From Macrostomum lignano (taxonomy: Eukaryota): a stretch of DNA of 64,000 nucleotides. Shown here piece after piece: positions 13,419-28,675 of the stretch. Position 1 is the first letter of the stretch; each line of letters opens with the position of its first letter. The DNA is taken from assembly GCA_002269645.1 (NCBI GenBank), contig NIVC01001204.1, positions 124,001-188,000 of the forward strand. Reading direction: 5' to 3'. The position numbers were made by a program, and so were the translations under genes. The notes under the pieces are model-generated. The model ran no database searches and was not told the DNA's origin. It saw only the letters and a list, made by a program, of their open reading frames with translations.

Positions 13419-14127
13419 CAGTGCTGACAACACCCGATTCTGAAAATAATTTACATGTCGGAATTTACTTTATGGACTACTCTAGTAATAAGACAGGAAC
13501 TTACATTTCTTAAAAAATGTTAAGGAGACTGGTTTTTGCCGAAAAATACACTACGGAGTTAGGAACTTTTCACTGTTTCAGATTAAAATTGTTATTGCTT
13601 TTGATAGGAGGCAGGCACAATGTTCATCTTTTGATGCCTATGTTTTGCTGTGTACTGTGTAACAATTTGTAACAGAGATGATGAAATAGATTCATAAAAC
13701 CAAATATTCGAGCTGTGCCATGCATTTTTATAGGAAAGATAAAACATATCAAAAGATGAACATTGGGTCTGCCTTCTATCGAAAGCAATAACAATTTTAT
13801 TTGAATAAAGTGAAAACTTTCTATCTCCATAGTGTATTTTTCGGCAAAAAAACTGACACTAACATTTTCTAAGAAAATTATAGCTTCACGTCCTTCTACT
13901 TAAGTAGTCCTTGATTTAGTCATGTGCCTATGCATATGTAGAATTCTTGGCTTTGTCCCTCCACCCGCCCACCACAAGATCCATGGCGCATTGGCGAAGC
14001 CCCTGGATTTTCCTGATGGCAAGTGCAATTACGTTCGTAGAATGCTCTGGAGAACGCTTCGCGCTGCGCTCAGGCAGTTCAATAGGACAGGTTTCTTAAT
14101 TGAAACCTGTCCTATTGAACAGGTCCT

Positions 14128-14465
14128 ACTTGACCACCGCCTGGAACAGCGCCGCCCTCTGGCGATCAGGTAGGGCCTCGGACTGCAGGACCGCCCTCAC
14201 AGAGCGAAAGGCACCCCAAGCGAGCCCACGGCGACGCCGCAGATCTTCGCCGACGTCAGGTACCAGACCGCCGATGTAGACGAACTGCTGACAGCGCGGA
14301 AGCTCCGTTGCCTGCCCGTCAGCGCCTTTGCAGAAAATTGCGGCCTTGATGTTCGCCCGGCACGCAGAGCACAATGGTCTTCTTCGTGTTGACCACCAGG
14401 CTGACGCTCGCTGCAGCGCTAACCAGCTTGTCCAGCTGGCGCCGGGCGGCCTCTAGGTACTGAAC
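14128..14465 (-). mobile_element. Degenerate non-LTR retrotransposon RT fragment (RTE-like, post-YADD region)
   Basis: Frameshifted translation LEAARRQLDKLVSAAASVSLVVNTKKT...CQQFVYIGG...EDLRRRRGLAWGAFRSVRAVL...RAALFQAVV resembles the RT thumb region of LINEs. The clade assignment is tentative. Confidence 0.7.
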
Positions 14466-15381
14466 TGCCGTACCTACACAGACCTTAGACAGTGTTTTGA
14501 CCATAGACGAAAGTCGAAACATTAATTGAATGATTGGCATGTCTCTTAAATGAATATTTGAGGCCTAACAGATGGTCCATTTGGACACTGTCTGTCCATT
14601 TGGTCAGGTTTGTCAAAAGAGCAACCAAGGTTCGAGACTTCGAGATCCGGAGCTCAGAAGAAGACAAGAAGACAAATGAGTTTTGAATAATAATTTTTAT
14701 TCTGCTTTTTTCATATTTCAAAGCAAACCACTGATTTCACTTAAAAGGCAGGAACAGTTTGACATTGCGCCAAAAATTTGCTTGCTTACGGCTCGTATAA
14801 CTCTTAGAGATTCCTTTACACATTCTATTCATACTACTGTTTAGTAGGCGATTTCCTATTCCTAATTTCACATAGCCTCAAAGTCCTTGTCATTCACTTG
14901 ACACAGGCCTCTACATGTACATTGCGGTTGAAGCGCACTGACACAGGCCTCTACATGTACATTGCGCGGAAATGCTTTGACACAATGAAACTGCGCTCTC
15001 AGAAGCGATACTTGCCCAATCTAGATTGCAGCTACCAAAGTCAAGGCAACACTGAGAAAACCAACACAAAATGATTAAAATATTTTTCATTTAAATTCGT
15101 AAATTGAGCTACATGTACACTTGACAACTCCCTCTCTCTCTCTTCCTCGGTTGCAGACTCCTACCTTTTTAAAAACAAAATCTTCCTAACCCTACTAATA
15201 GTAGCTAAATAAGTAGCCATATTGTGATTCTGATTATTGTTAATAAAATCATGATAAAACCGAGTTCCGATTTTCCGATTTTCTTAAAATATGCATATAA
15301 GTAGTAAACAACTAAGTCATAGATGTGGCTCGTATAGCACACACACGTACAGCATCTTGTACTGCAGACACACCAAACTAG

Positions 15382-15850
15382 CACTCTGCAGGACAGCACT
15401 CTGCAGGACAGCACTCTGCAGGACAGCACTCTGCAGGACAGCACTCTGCAGGACAGCACTCTCCAGGACAGCACTCTCCAGGACAGCACTCTCCAGGACA
15501 GCACTCTCCAGGACAGCACTCTCCAGGACAGCACTCTGCAGGACAGCACTCTCCAGGACAGCACTCTGCAGGACAGCACTCTCCAGGGCAGCACTCTCCA
15601 GGACAGCACTCTGCAGGACAGCACTCTGCAGGACAACACTCTCCAGGACAGCACTCTCCAGGACAGCACTCTCCAGGGCAGCACTCTCCAGGACAGCACT
15701 CTCCAGGGCAGCACTCTCCAGGACAGCACTCTGCAGGACAGCACTCTCCAGGACAGCACTCTGCAGGACAGCACTCTCCAGGGCAGCACTCTCCAGGGCA
15801 GCACTCTCCAGGACAGCACTCTGCAGGACAGCACTCTGCAGGACAGCACC
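15382..15850. repeat. 15-bp minisatellite (GGACAGCACTCTGCA / GGACAGCACTCTCCA)n
   Basis: About 31 tandem copies. Confidence 0.97.
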
Positions 15851-16912
15851 ATCGACTAAATCACTCTCCACTATACAGTAAATTGCGTTGTCCAATTTCA
15901 GTAAAAACAATATCATCCCTTGACCAGTTGTGACAGCTGCTGTTACAGTAGACAAGAACACTACTGTCAAGTATCTTCGGCAGACACTGCACACTGCACT
16001 GATAGAGGTGACGTGTCTGCAGAACGCCAGAATCGAACCCACAGGCCCCTTGTGGCAGCCGTCCCCCCCCCTCTGCCGCAAGGGTCCATCAAAACTTTCG
16101 TTTGGCTAAAAACAGCTCATAAAACAAGGAAGCCGCCACGTTGTGCCCGACACCAGCATAGCAACTGTTCTGGGCGATTATAGCTTATAGAAACACACAG
16201 GCAGCCGTGAGGCTGACAGACGGACAGGCGGACAGCAAAACTGGGGTATGTTGGTAGACAGACAGACAGACACGGACACGCTGTCAAGGGATAGGGGAAG
16301 AGGTGGCTTTGGTTAGACAAATATCCTTCGCACTGACGCACAGATATGCATGTGGCAAAGTTTTTTTTGTGATCAACACTTAAAATTTTGGCAGTAGGTC
16401 TGGCCAATGTTGCGATCGGTGCATGGTGGACCGAGCCCTGCTCTGAGCTCAAGATAGTATATATAGGTTCTCTTTATTTAGCAGTCCATCGTGCTCAAAG
16501 CTTGTGCGAGAAAACGCCCATAAAGATCGTTATTACTAAAGTCAGGTTGCCTTTTTAGGGGACATTGAAAAACTTTTAACATCTGCACCCAGCCAGCCAG
16601 TAGCTTAATGGGATTCGGCTGTTTATTGCACCTTCTTCTCTAGAGATTGTAAAACCGACCGACCCCCCCCTTAAGTCCGAGTGCGAGTGGGGGTGAGCTC
16701 GAATCAAACTTCGAGTTTTATCATCGCGAAGGTGGCTGGCCTAATTTAGAAATAGAAGTGGCGGGGACGGTGGTGGAGCTTTGATTGACCGGTTCTTACT
16801 GGCAAGGCAAGTTCTGTTGTCTGGGATTTACGAGACTGATTCACTTGAGAAAGGTTGTCGAGTCAAGAGTGAAAATGAAACCAATGTGGCATAACCAATA
16901 TGGCATTAGAGA

Positions 16913-17600
16913 AAAAGAGAAAGAGAGGGAATGGAGAGAGGGGGAGAGAGAGACCGTCAAAAGAGAAAAGGAGATGTACATGTATCGATAGAAGCGCTGG
17001 AGAGAGAGGGAGAGCGGTAGAGAGAGGGGAGAGAAGTAGAGAGACAGAGAGAGAGAGAGAGCGAGAGAGGTAGACGGAGGGAAAGAGGTAGAGAGAGGTA
17101 GAGAGAGGTAGGGAGGTAGAAAGAGGTTGAGAGAGGTAGAGAGGTAGAGAGAGGTAGAGAGAGGTAGGGAGGTAGAAAGAGGTTGAGAGAGGTAGAGAGG
17201 TAGAGAGAGATAGAGAGGCAGAGAGAGAGAGAGCGAGAGAGGTAGACGGAGGAAAAGAGGTAGAGAGAGGTAGAGAGAGGTAGGGAGGTAGAAAGAGGTT
17301 GAGAGAGGTAGAGAGGTAGAGAGAGGTAGAGAGAGGTAGGGAGGTAGAAAGAGGTTGAGAGAGGTAGAGAGGTAGAGAGAGATAGAGAGGCAGAGAGAGA
17401 AAGAGAGAGGTAGAGAGATGGAGAGAGGTAGACAGAGATAGACAGAGAGAGAGGGGGGTAGAGAGGTAGAGACAGAGAGAGGCAGAGGGAGGGAGAGAGG
17501 TAGAGAGAGAGGTAGAGAGGCAGAGAGAGAAAGGGAGAGATAGAGGGACGGAGAGAGGTAGACAGAGATAGACAGAAGAGAGAGAGAGAGGTAGAGACGG
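16913..17600. repeat. Purine-rich (AG/AGGT) low-complexity tract with higher-order repeats
   Basis: Blocks such as GAGAGGTAGAGAGAGGTAGGGAGGTAGAAAGAGGTT recur 4 times. Confidence 0.9.
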
Positions 17601-18614
17601 AGTCTGAGGTCACCGCCAGATCAATTACAAAGTGCCGCAACAGTGAAGCGCAATCCTTGTGCAGCCAGTTGCGCATCCGGGAGAGTGAAGAAGCAGAGAC
17701 GCTAATTTAAAGCCTCGTGTACGACACTCCAACACCTTCGGAAGCAGGCAGGCAGGCTGCCGCCTTTCGCTGGCCGCTGTTTAAAAATGGAGATTGCTGT
17801 CCCAAGATTGGAAGAAAATAGACAGAAGAAGGCAGGATAAGACAGTGGGGAGAAGGGGAAGAGGGTAATAGGAGATAAGACCAAAGTGAATTTGCGAATC
17901 TCCACGCGGGACGGGCCGGTCGGTTGGTGCCTCGGAGACAAGACTTCTGTGTCCCCCTCTGGCCCAGTGATGAATTGCTCACCTGCTGCTGCCCCCCCCC
18001 CTACGGTCGTGCACCAGCTGACGCGAACTGACTGCTTCAGCATGCCGCCGCGACCAGAAAGATGCAAATCTCCCCAACATAAACTCTCCATCCGGTGCAA
18101 TTCTCGCTATGGCCCATTTTATGCAGGCGGGGGGGGGGGGCAAGTGCCCTCTGATAGCGAGTAGCCACTGCTGTCTCCGAGGCACCGCCGCTACCCTCCG
18201 TCTGCACCGGATTCGAACAGGTGACTCCCAGGAAGAAGCGATTATTTTCAGGCATAGCTACTTTCAAGAGGGAGCGTGACGTATGGGCGCGCGGGAGGCT
18301 GGGGGTCCGACATCTCCCCGTCAGGTGGTCTCCTTCACTCCCTTCCATCGTGTCCCCTTTATTCCGCGTCTCTTCTACCTGGCGCTGGTAGTGCCGGCTC
18401 CTGTCTTTAGTCGTTCTTTCTCCCGTTGCAAGCATTCCTTTCATCCACCTTGAACTGTTGCCATAGTTCACGGGGGCGCAGCTGTGACTTGCAGGCCGCC
18501 TCTGGGCCTGCCCGGTGTCAGTTGATGCGATATATGATGCTGCCGCTCTGAGGGCACCGGGGCTCTGTGAGGTGCTTGGAGCCATTAGTTAATGCTGTAG
18601 TGAATTCAGATATA

Positions 18615-19374
<760 letters not shown>

Positions 19375-19940
19375 TTCCCAATATTTCCCAAATCTCTGCT
19401 CACTTTAACAATCGAATGTTTTCATTCGCCCCCATCGCCGCAGGCGAAATCCCAGCAGTTAAAAAAACAGTCACCAGAAATTTCTGAAGCGGAAGAAGAC
19501 CGAAGACGCGGCTTCAGCTTTTATTGCCCGAGTGGCCCAGCCATTGCTTTGAGCAATATTTTTACAGGAAGGGGATTAAACGAAAATAAAAACGCAGCAT
19601 TTCAGTTATAGAAATCTGGGAAAAGTTTAATGATCCCCATAGAGTTCCTTCCCCGGGGGGTTGGTTAGAGGGGAGATTTCTCCCACCTCCGGCTGCAGCA
19701 CCAGCTGGAGCAGCCCAGGTGAGAAGTCGAGGTGAAAATGTGAGGCGCAGCGGGAGGTGGCGGAGGCGGTTGAAAGCCAAGGAGATCCACAACCAGAAGC
19801 TGGAGTGCCGATTGAAGCTCAAATTTGAGCTTTTGAATTGGGGTGACCAAAGCAGAACTTTTGAGGGGGGCAAGGCCAAGTTAAGAATTCTACGAGACAT
19901 GAAAAAATTCCTACATTGTTTTGAGAATGTGTGTTGTTAG

Positions 19941-20710
19941 CACTCGTTTTGGCGCCGCAGACACTCATTTTGACGCCGCAGACACTCATTTTGGCGCCGC
20001 AGACACTCATTTTGACGCCACTGGCACTCATTTTGGCGCCGCAGGCACTCATTTTGGCGCCGCAGGCACTCATTTTGGCGCCGCAGGCACTCATTTTGGC
20101 GCCGCAGGCACTCATTTTGGCGCCGCAGGCAGGCACTCATTTTGGCGCTGCAAGCACTCATTTTGGCGCTGCTTGCACTCACTTTGGCGCCGCAGTCAGG
20201 AACTCATTTTGGCGCCGCAGACAGTCACTCATTTTGGCGCCGCAGGAAGGCACTCATTTTGGCGCCACAAGCACTCACTTTGGCGCCGCAGGCGGGCACT
20301 CATTTTGGCGCCGCAGGCACGCACTCATTTTGGCGCCGCAGACACTCATTTTGACGCCACTGGCACTCATTTTGGCGCCGCAGGCACTCATTTTGGCGCC
20401 GCAGGCACTCATTTTGGCGCCGCAGGCACTCATTTTGGCGCCGCAGGCACTCATTTTGGCGCCGCAGGCAGGCACTCATTTTGGCGCTGCAAGCACTCAT
20501 TTTGGCGCTGCTTGCACTCACTTTGGCGCCGCAGTCAGGAACTCATTTTGGCGCCGCAGACAGGCACTCATTTTGGCGCCGCAGGAAGGCACTCATTTTG
20601 GCGCCACAAGCACTCACTTTGGCGCCGCAGGCGGGCACTCATTTTGGCGCCACAAGCACTCACTTTGGCGCCGCAGGCGGGCACTAATTTCTGCTGTATA
20701 TTTTGGCGCC
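19941..20710 (-). repeat. Inverted second copy of the GGCGCCAAAATGAGTGC minisatellite family
   Basis: Units read ACTCATTTTGGCGCCGCAGGC. There is an internal duplication of about 340 bp, and the flanks are homologous to those of the 10.2-13.4 kb array. Confidence 0.95.
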
Positions 20711-21352
20711 CTAAAACAAAATTATTGATTTTTTATGCATTTTTAATACACTAGAAAGAAGAAATGTGTACCAAAAAAAATGTGCCATTTTCGTTTGGTT
20801 ATTTTGGACCAACAGATGAAACCAGGGTTTGGTGAGGAACTGTCAGTCCAGGATCTTTAGTTCCTTTGATATCCTTGGTTTTGTGAAATGAAAATAATTT
20901 TCAACGCTTAAACAAATTTGGAATCCCCGGCTCTCAGCCCAGTCTGCGCAGCAGCAGGAGAAGTGGATAAGGGAAAACAATAAACTGAAAAAGGAAACGG
21001 GTGGCCCAAGAAGGTTGAGAAAGGTGAGAATATGGGGATCTGGGATTAATGCCCCACTTGGGGGAAAGGGAAAAGCCGGAAAGGCAGTGGAGTTGAGCTG
21101 TCAAAGCTGCAGGCAGCGCCACTCCACTTCAACTGTTTAAGAACTGCTGCTGTCTTCAAGCTGACACGTCGAAGCCATCCGCGAATGGAAAGTCCTGACA
21201 GATTGTATGAAAGTGGAGTTGGCTGCCCAACCAGCTGTTGCTAGCCGTGCGGCCTTGGTAATCCACTCTTGAGATTTGCAGGCGGTTCATAATATGGTGT
21301 TTGTTTAATAATCTCTTTTTAATGACTCGCATGGTGACGCTTTCGTTACTCC

Positions 21353-21838
21353 CACACCCTCCGCCTCAGTCTTGTCTCCCCTCTCTCACACCCTCCGCCT
21401 CAGTTTTGTCTCTCCTATCTCACACCCTCCGCCTCAGTCTTGTCTCCCCTCTCTCACACCCTCCGCCTCAGTCTTGTGTCCCCTCTCTCACACCCTCCGC
21501 CTCAGTCTTGTGTCCCCTCTCTCACACCCTCCGCCTCAGTCTTGTGTCCCCTCTCTCACACCCTCCGCCTCAGTCTTGTCTCCATTCTCTCACACCCTCC
21601 GCCTCAGTCTTGTCTCCATTCTCTCACACCCTCCGCCTCAGTCTTGTCTCCCCTCTCTCATACCCTCCGCCTAAGTCTTGTCTCCCCTCTCTCACACCCT
21701 CCGCCTCAGTCTTGTCTCCCCTCTCTCACACCCTCCGCCTCAGTCTTGTCTCCCCTCTCTCACACCCTCCGCCTCAGTCTTGTGGCCCCTCTCTCACACC
21801 CTCCGCCTCAGTCTTGTGTCCCCTCTCTCACACCCTCC
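21353..21838. repeat. 34-bp minisatellite (CACACCCTCCGCCTCAGTCTTGTCTCCCCTCTCT)n
   Basis: About 14 copies. Confidence 0.96.
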
Positions 21839-22234
21839 TTTAATCCTCTTTATCCAACAAATTCCATCGCATGCAACCTCAGCAACATCTGACTCCATGT
21901 GTGAGGCGCGTGAGAACGAAACGCCCATCCAAAAGTTTGAGCACTGTACTCTAATTGGACACACATGCATTTGTTCTGACTGGACCTGGATGATGGAAGC
22001 TGCGCACTCTGCAGTGCATGCTTTTGCAGGTTCCCATGCAGGAACGAGAAAATGACGGAATATGAAATACATTATTGTTGTCGTTTCTCCCACGAGTGGT
22101 CTCTCACGATCACGTCTCTCACGGGTTTGCCACCTCCTCTTATTGAGACTTTTTATTGTCTTGGTAACTAATAATAGTAGCACTAATTCGAAAAAGGCTC
22201 TGCATGCTTGGGAATTTGTCTGTATCCCAAGTGT

Positions 22235-23270
22235 CCCATGTGTTTTGGAGGCATCACAGGTATCCCAGGTTTTTGGAGGCAGCACAGGTATCCCAGGTGT
22301 TTTAAGTAGTTTGGAGGCATCACAGGTATCTCATGTGTTTTAAAGGGCATCACAGGTATCCTAAGTGGTTTGGAGGCATCACAGGTATCCCAGGTGTTTT
22401 AAAGGGCATCACAGTTATCCTAAGTGGTTTGGAGGCATCACAGGTATCCCAGGTGCTTTGAGGGCATCACAGGTATCCCAGGTGTTTTGAGGGCATCACA
22501 GGTATCCCAGGTGTTTTAAAGGGCATCACAGGTATCCCAGGTGTTTTAAAGGGCATCACAGGTATCCTAAGTGGTTTGGAGGCATCACAGGTATCCTAAG
22601 TGGTTTGGAGGCATCACAGGTATCCTAAGTAGTTTGGAGGCATCACAGGTATCCCAGGTGTTTTAAAGGGCACCACAGGTATCCTAAGTGGTTTGGAGGC
22701 ATCACAGGTATCTTAAGTGGTTTGGAGGCATCACAGGTATCCTAAGTGGTTTGGAGGCATCACAGGTATCCCAGGTGTTTTAAGTAGTTTGGAGGCATCA
22801 CAGGTATCCCAGGTGTTTTAAGTAGTTTGGAGGCATCACAGGTATCCCAGGTGTTTTAAAGGGCACCACAGGTATCCTAAGTGGTTTCGAGGCATCACAG
22901 GTATCCCAGGTGTTTTAAAGGGCACCACAGGTATCCTAAGTGGTTTGGAGGCATCACAGGTATCCCAGGTGCTTTGAGGGCACCACAGGTATCCCAGGTG
23001 CTTTAAGGGCATCACAGGTATCCCAGGTGCTTTGAGGGCATCACAGGTATCCCAAGTGGTTTGGAGGCATCACAGGTATCCCAGGTGCTTTGAGGGCATC
23101 ACAGGTATCCCAAGTGGTTTGGAGGCAGAGGCTCCACAGGTATCCCATGTGTTTTGGAGGTACCCCAGGTATCCCCGGTATTTTTGGGGGTGGCACCACA
23201 GGTATCCCAGGTGTTTTGGAGGCCCAATGGTATCCCGGATATTTTAAAGGCACCACAGGTATCCCAATTG
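22235..23270. repeat. About 29-bp minisatellite (GGAGGCATCACAGGTATCCCAGGTGTTTT and variants)
   Basis: About 33 copies with a conserved CACAGGTATCC core. Confidence 0.95.
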
Positions 23271-26200
23271 GTCCCAGTTCTCCAAGTTTCCCAGGTAAAC
23301 TATATATTTCAGGTTTTGTTGGTAAGCAATACTCTCCAATGAATACGAGTACTGTCTGTAAAAGAGCTTACCATGATTCTTGCAAAAGCGCATACTTGCG
23401 GTTCCTGCTGTCAGAAGCAAGCGATGTGACCCCTCAGTCAGCCCACGGATACCAGACCGCAAAGCTGACGATTAGCCCGCATTAATCAGCATGTTAGACG
23501 GAAAGAAATACCAAAGACGAGTTTCGAGTTGAAGAGAATTTTTTACGTTGAACAAAACTGCCGCCTGTTGCTGTTATTTATGTTTGAAATGAAGGGGGTG
23601 GTTTGCTGTCCCCCCGGTGCCTTACGCGAGAGCGGGTCAATTGCTTTTTTTCCTTCAAGTCTTCTTCTTCTAAATAGGGACGGTTTACAATAGAAGACTC
23701 CGACAGACGCGTGTATAGAAACCAAGAGATCTGGCATGCGATATCTGCACTAGATAGTTTCCATAGGCTTTTGTTGCTGATGATATGCCTGATGTTTAAC
23801 AAGGACGTATAGCAAGGTAACCATGCAGCCACGCACACTGCAGCTTGCGCAGCAGGCAACACATGTGGCCATATGTAGTGAGCGAGTGAGTGAGTGCCGT
23901 TTGCAGGTAGCGAGAGCGAGATGACACTTGCGCAACAGCTGACGCCGTAATATGACCCAGAAGCCACCAAGGCTTGAATTGTTTTCAAACACACTGCACC
24001 GCCCAGGAGATGCCTGTAAAGACCTCTGCACCATGACGCGTTGAAAGTATTTCTTTGCTTGTTTCTTAGAAAGCTTGGAAAACTCGAATCAAACTCGAGA
24101 TTTAGGTTTTTTTCAATTTTGAAACATGAAGCTCAGTTCTATTGAAGAAGCTCCAATGAGGTTCCATCGGTAACTAGAGCCGATTTCAATCCGTTAGACA
24201 TGCGGTTGATGCACTGCATGCTGCCGCAGTATAATGGAGCGGACGAGCGGTTCGGTTTGGGTTGGTAAAAGCTTGGAAAGTTTAACACCAACCTTCCTCC
24301 CAACAGACCCCCCCGGGCTGACTTCTGCCAACACCTGACACTCTTAATCAAAATGTTTGCAGGCTTAAGCTTCCATCCGAGTGGAAGTCCCTGGGGGTGG
24401 AAACCGGCAGCTCCTCTTCTCCGCCATTCTCCCCTCCTACGCACACAGGTATTTTGTTACCCGGGGCGCCAGCCAATAGCGATAAACGCCGAGCCGCCTC
24501 ATTGGCTGTCCCGTGAGCTGCGGCCCACCCTGGTCTTCATTTATTCTCCTGAATCTCTTCGGTTTTGCCCTGATATTCATCTCTTCCTCATTGCTTAGGA
24601 AAATATCTTCTAATTCATTTGCCGAGGTTTTTTCGACACTATGCGAAAACGAACTGTAACTTCGAATCCCAGCGTCAGATCTGGTGGAGCATTCAGTCCA
24701 GTTGCTGGGTCCTTGGATGCCACTTGGCAACAGACTTCTTGCGATACTGGTGAGTCTTCGAGATGTTAGTTCGGGTGTGATGCTTGGTCTATGGTGAGAC
24801 AAGCGAAACTGAGAGATGGAGAGAGGGAGGTAGAGACGGTGAGAGGGAGGTAGAGACGGTGAAAGTGACAAAATTCATTGAGGAGTATAGATGGTAGGTT
24901 GAGAAAAAGCATCTAAAGATGATTCAGTATAGCTACCAGCGTATAATAGGCCTTAGACGACCTAAGATCAGGCTTCACGGTCGGAAATGCGCCTTGCACC
25001 TGTTCCGCTGACAGAGAGGCACGAGAGGGTTGCACCCCGAATACAACTTCTTTCTCCTTACTCCTACGAGCTATATACATTCCGCGGTACACCGTAAAGC
25101 CCCGTGATTCCTAGAATTTTTTCCTACCTGCATTAGTTATTGATTGGGTTGTAATGCCATTCAGTCTTCTTCTTGTCTTCGTGTCACTCGGACGAACCCA
25201 AGATAAGTAATGAGGCGCAGGTGCAGAATGAATGCAGACTTTGGGCCATAGACAGTTCAGATTGCTTACGAGTATGTATAGAATATTTGGTTGCTTTTGT
25301 AAACAAAACGACAGAATCTTCTGGCTGGGAATTTTTCCTTTACAATCTACGAGTGTAAGTGGCCTCTGGGTGTGGGTGTGTAGGGGAATTCGTGACTGAA
25401 AGTAGCTCTTTACAATGTTGCCACCTTGTTTATTAATGCAAAGTTTGAGTGCGTCTGCCAAACAGACACTGAATCATTATAATGGATAGCTCTGCTCAGA
25501 AACCTGCTGGATTCTTCCTAACGAAAGCATAAGTGTAAACAATCGACAAAAAAGAACAAAGGGTGAGACCGCGGGTTCGCTTTCACACCTTTTTCGTTAA
25601 CCGGAACCCGGATCCAGCAGATTGTTGTCTGCAGGTTGGTCGAAAGAAAAATCAATGGAATGGAAAACAAGATTTTGGCTCCGATTTTGTGTGTCCAACG
25701 GAATTTTACTTTGTGCGTGACTTGCAACAACTTGTTGACTGCTTTGCCTGTTATTTGCATTGCTCATGTGCCTGTGTCTAAGCTATGTCTTAGTCTGTCC
25801 CCGTGTCTGTGTCTGTAACGCACTCTCCCTTTGCCTCTCTCTCCCCCTCTCCCTCTCCCTCTCCCTCTGCTACTCACCCTCCCTCTCCCTTTGCGTCTCC
25901 CTATCCCTCAGTCTTTCCGTGTTCCTGTATCTCCGTCCCGATCCCTTATCTCCAAACTCATTAACCAAAATAAGTTTTTTACAATAATTCTGATTTGTTA
26001 AACATTTCAAGCTTAATTCAGGAAGCCACAGCAACATTACAGTATTGCGGGCCTGTGAGCTGTGAGCGGAACACCCACGGAGATACTCCACCCCCGAGAG
26101 CCCACCAAGATCCCGCAGCGATATTGTTTTGTGTTTTCCTCTTTTGTTAGAAGGAATCCCCTTTTGGCAATTGATATATCTATATGCATGTGAGATCCCC

Positions 26201-26539
26201 GGGCCCCAGCACACTTTAACAATCAAATTTCACTCAACACTAAGTGAGTATTGGAATCCAGGACTAATCAGTAATCTTGCCAGTTGGGACTCGGAACTTT
26301 CCAATTTTTCTGTCCGGGACCGCCTCGAGCTCATCACGCCCCCCACTGAGCTCTTCTTAGAAATAGAAGCTTCGCTTTTGACAAATTTTCATTACAAGCT
26401 GTTGCCAAATCAGAATTCATGACTAATTATTTATGAGAAATTTTGTGCATCGATCTGGTTTGAGTTGTTATTGAGTTGACTTTGTTAGAAATTCAATGCT
26501 TTGAGATCAATATGGAGTCAGCAAAGTTCAATTCTAAAA

Positions 26540-27950
26540 TGGCACCACTCAAATCTCAAAATTGGCACCACCCAAATTCAAAATTGGCACCACCCAAATC
26601 TTAAAATCAGCGCCACCCAAATCTCAAAATCGGCGCCACCCAAATCTTAAAATTGGCGCCACCCAAATCTCAAAATCGGCGCCATCCAAATCTCAAAAAT
26701 AGCACCACCCAAATCTTGAAATCGGCGCCACCCAAATCTTAAAATCGGCGCCACCCAAATCCTAAAATCGGCGCCACCCAAATCTCAAAATTGGCACCAC
26801 CAAATCTCAAAATTGGCACTACCCAAATCTTAAAATCGGCGCCACCCAAATCTCAAAATCGGCGCCATCCAAATCTCAAAAATGGCACCACCCAAATCTT
26901 TAAATTGGCGCCACCCAAATCTCAAAATCGGCGCCACCCAAATCTCAAAATTGGCACCACCCAAATTTCAAAATTGAAACCACCCAAATCTCAAAATCGG
27001 CGCAACCCAAATCAAAATTGGCGCCACCCAAATCTTAAAATCAGCGCCACCCAAATCTTAAAATCAGCGCCACCCAAATCTTGAAATCGGCGCCACCTAA
27101 ATCTTGAAATTGGCGCCACCCAAATCTTAAAATCGGCGCCATCCAAATCTCAAAAATGGCACCACCCAAATCTTTAAATCGGCGCCACCAAAATCTCAAA
27201 ATCGGCGCCACCCAAATCTCAAAAATGGCGCCACCCAAATCTTGAAATTGGCGCCACCCAAATTCTAAAATCGGCGCCACCCAAATCTCAAAATTGGCAC
27301 CACCAAATCTCAAAATCGGCGCCACCCAAATCTTAAAATTGGCGCCACCCAAATCTCAAAATTGGCGCCACCCAAATCTTAAAATTGGCGCCACCCAAAT
27401 CTCAAAATTGGCGCCACCCAAATCTTAAAATCGGCGCCACCCAAATCTCAAAATTGGCACCACCCAAATCTCAAAATTGGCAGCACCAAATCTCAAAATC
27501 GGCGCCACCCAAATCAAAATTGGCGCCATCCAACTCTTAAAATCGGTGCCACCCAAATCTCAAAATCGCCGCACCCAAATCTTGAAATTGGCGCCACCCA
27601 AATCTCAAAATCGGCGCCATCCAAATCTCAAAAATAGCACCACCCAAATCTTATAAATAGCATCACCCAAATCTTAAAATCAGCGCCACCCAAATCTTAA
27701 AATCAGCGCCACCCAAATCTTGAAATCGGCGCCACCTAAATCTTGAAATTGGCACCACCCAAATCTTTAAATCGGCGCCACCCAAATCTCAAAATCGGCG
27801 CCACCCAAATCTCAAAATCGGCGCCACCCAAATCTCAAAATTGGCGCCACCCAAATCTCAAAATTGGCGCCACCCAAATCTTAAAATCGGCGCCATCGAA
27901 AATGCCAATCGGCGCCACCCAAATCTCAAAATCGGCGCCACCCAAATCCA
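26540..27950. repeat. 23-bp minisatellite (GGCGCCACCCAAATCTCAAAATC)n
   Basis: About 60 copies. Confidence 0.96.
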
Positions 27951-28458
27951 GAAAAAGAATCTGCTTATTTCCTTGATTGATTAGTATCGGATGCTTTAAG
28001 AAAACTATTTCAGCTTGAAGTTATCTTCTCACCAATATTTGGAAGGTGCACGAGTATCCCACATCTCCATTTCTCTGGCCAAAGCAAATCTACAAGTAAA
28101 TAATTATATTTAAATGTACCGCATTTCCACCTATAGGGCCGTTTTCAAAGAAGAGTCGCAGTCAAAAAATACCAGATCGAGGCGGAAGTAGCAGCCAAAT
28201 TTTATATCAAAATACGTTTAGTTCAGCGCTGCGATAATGGAGCGGCGCGGTCGAGAAGAAGGGGATTAAAAAAAGTCACCGGAACTGTGCGCTGTAGAGC
28301 GATTTATAGAAATACTTGCCACCAAACCCTGTCGGTAGATCCAAGGAGGCCCAGAAACAAAATTCTGGAGTTGACAGCTCTTACCCTGAACCCCGATAGG
28401 CTGACTGAAGGTTCAAGTTATCATGACTTCAGTTTCGGTTGAACCAGTAGAAGTTTTG

Positions 28459-28675
28459 TACAATAACAACAATAATAATAGTAACAATTACAACATAAAC
28501 AGCAACAACAAATACAACAAAAAAACAACAATAACAACAACAAACAACAAAAACAAAAACAGCAAGAACAACAACAACAACAACAATAACAACACCAGCA
28601 GAATAACAACAACAGTAGCAAAAACAACAACAACAACAACAATGACAACAAAAACAACAAAAACAACAACAAAAG
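28459..28675. repeat. Imperfect (AAC)n microsatellite
   Basis: AAC/AAT-rich run about 0.7 kb upstream of the Snail ORF. Confidence 0.9.

Noticed and set aside
24300-24400. LKPANILI kinase-like motif on the minus strand
   Set aside because: There is no in-frame HRD or DFG and no other kinase subdomain; probably chance or an unrecognisable relic.
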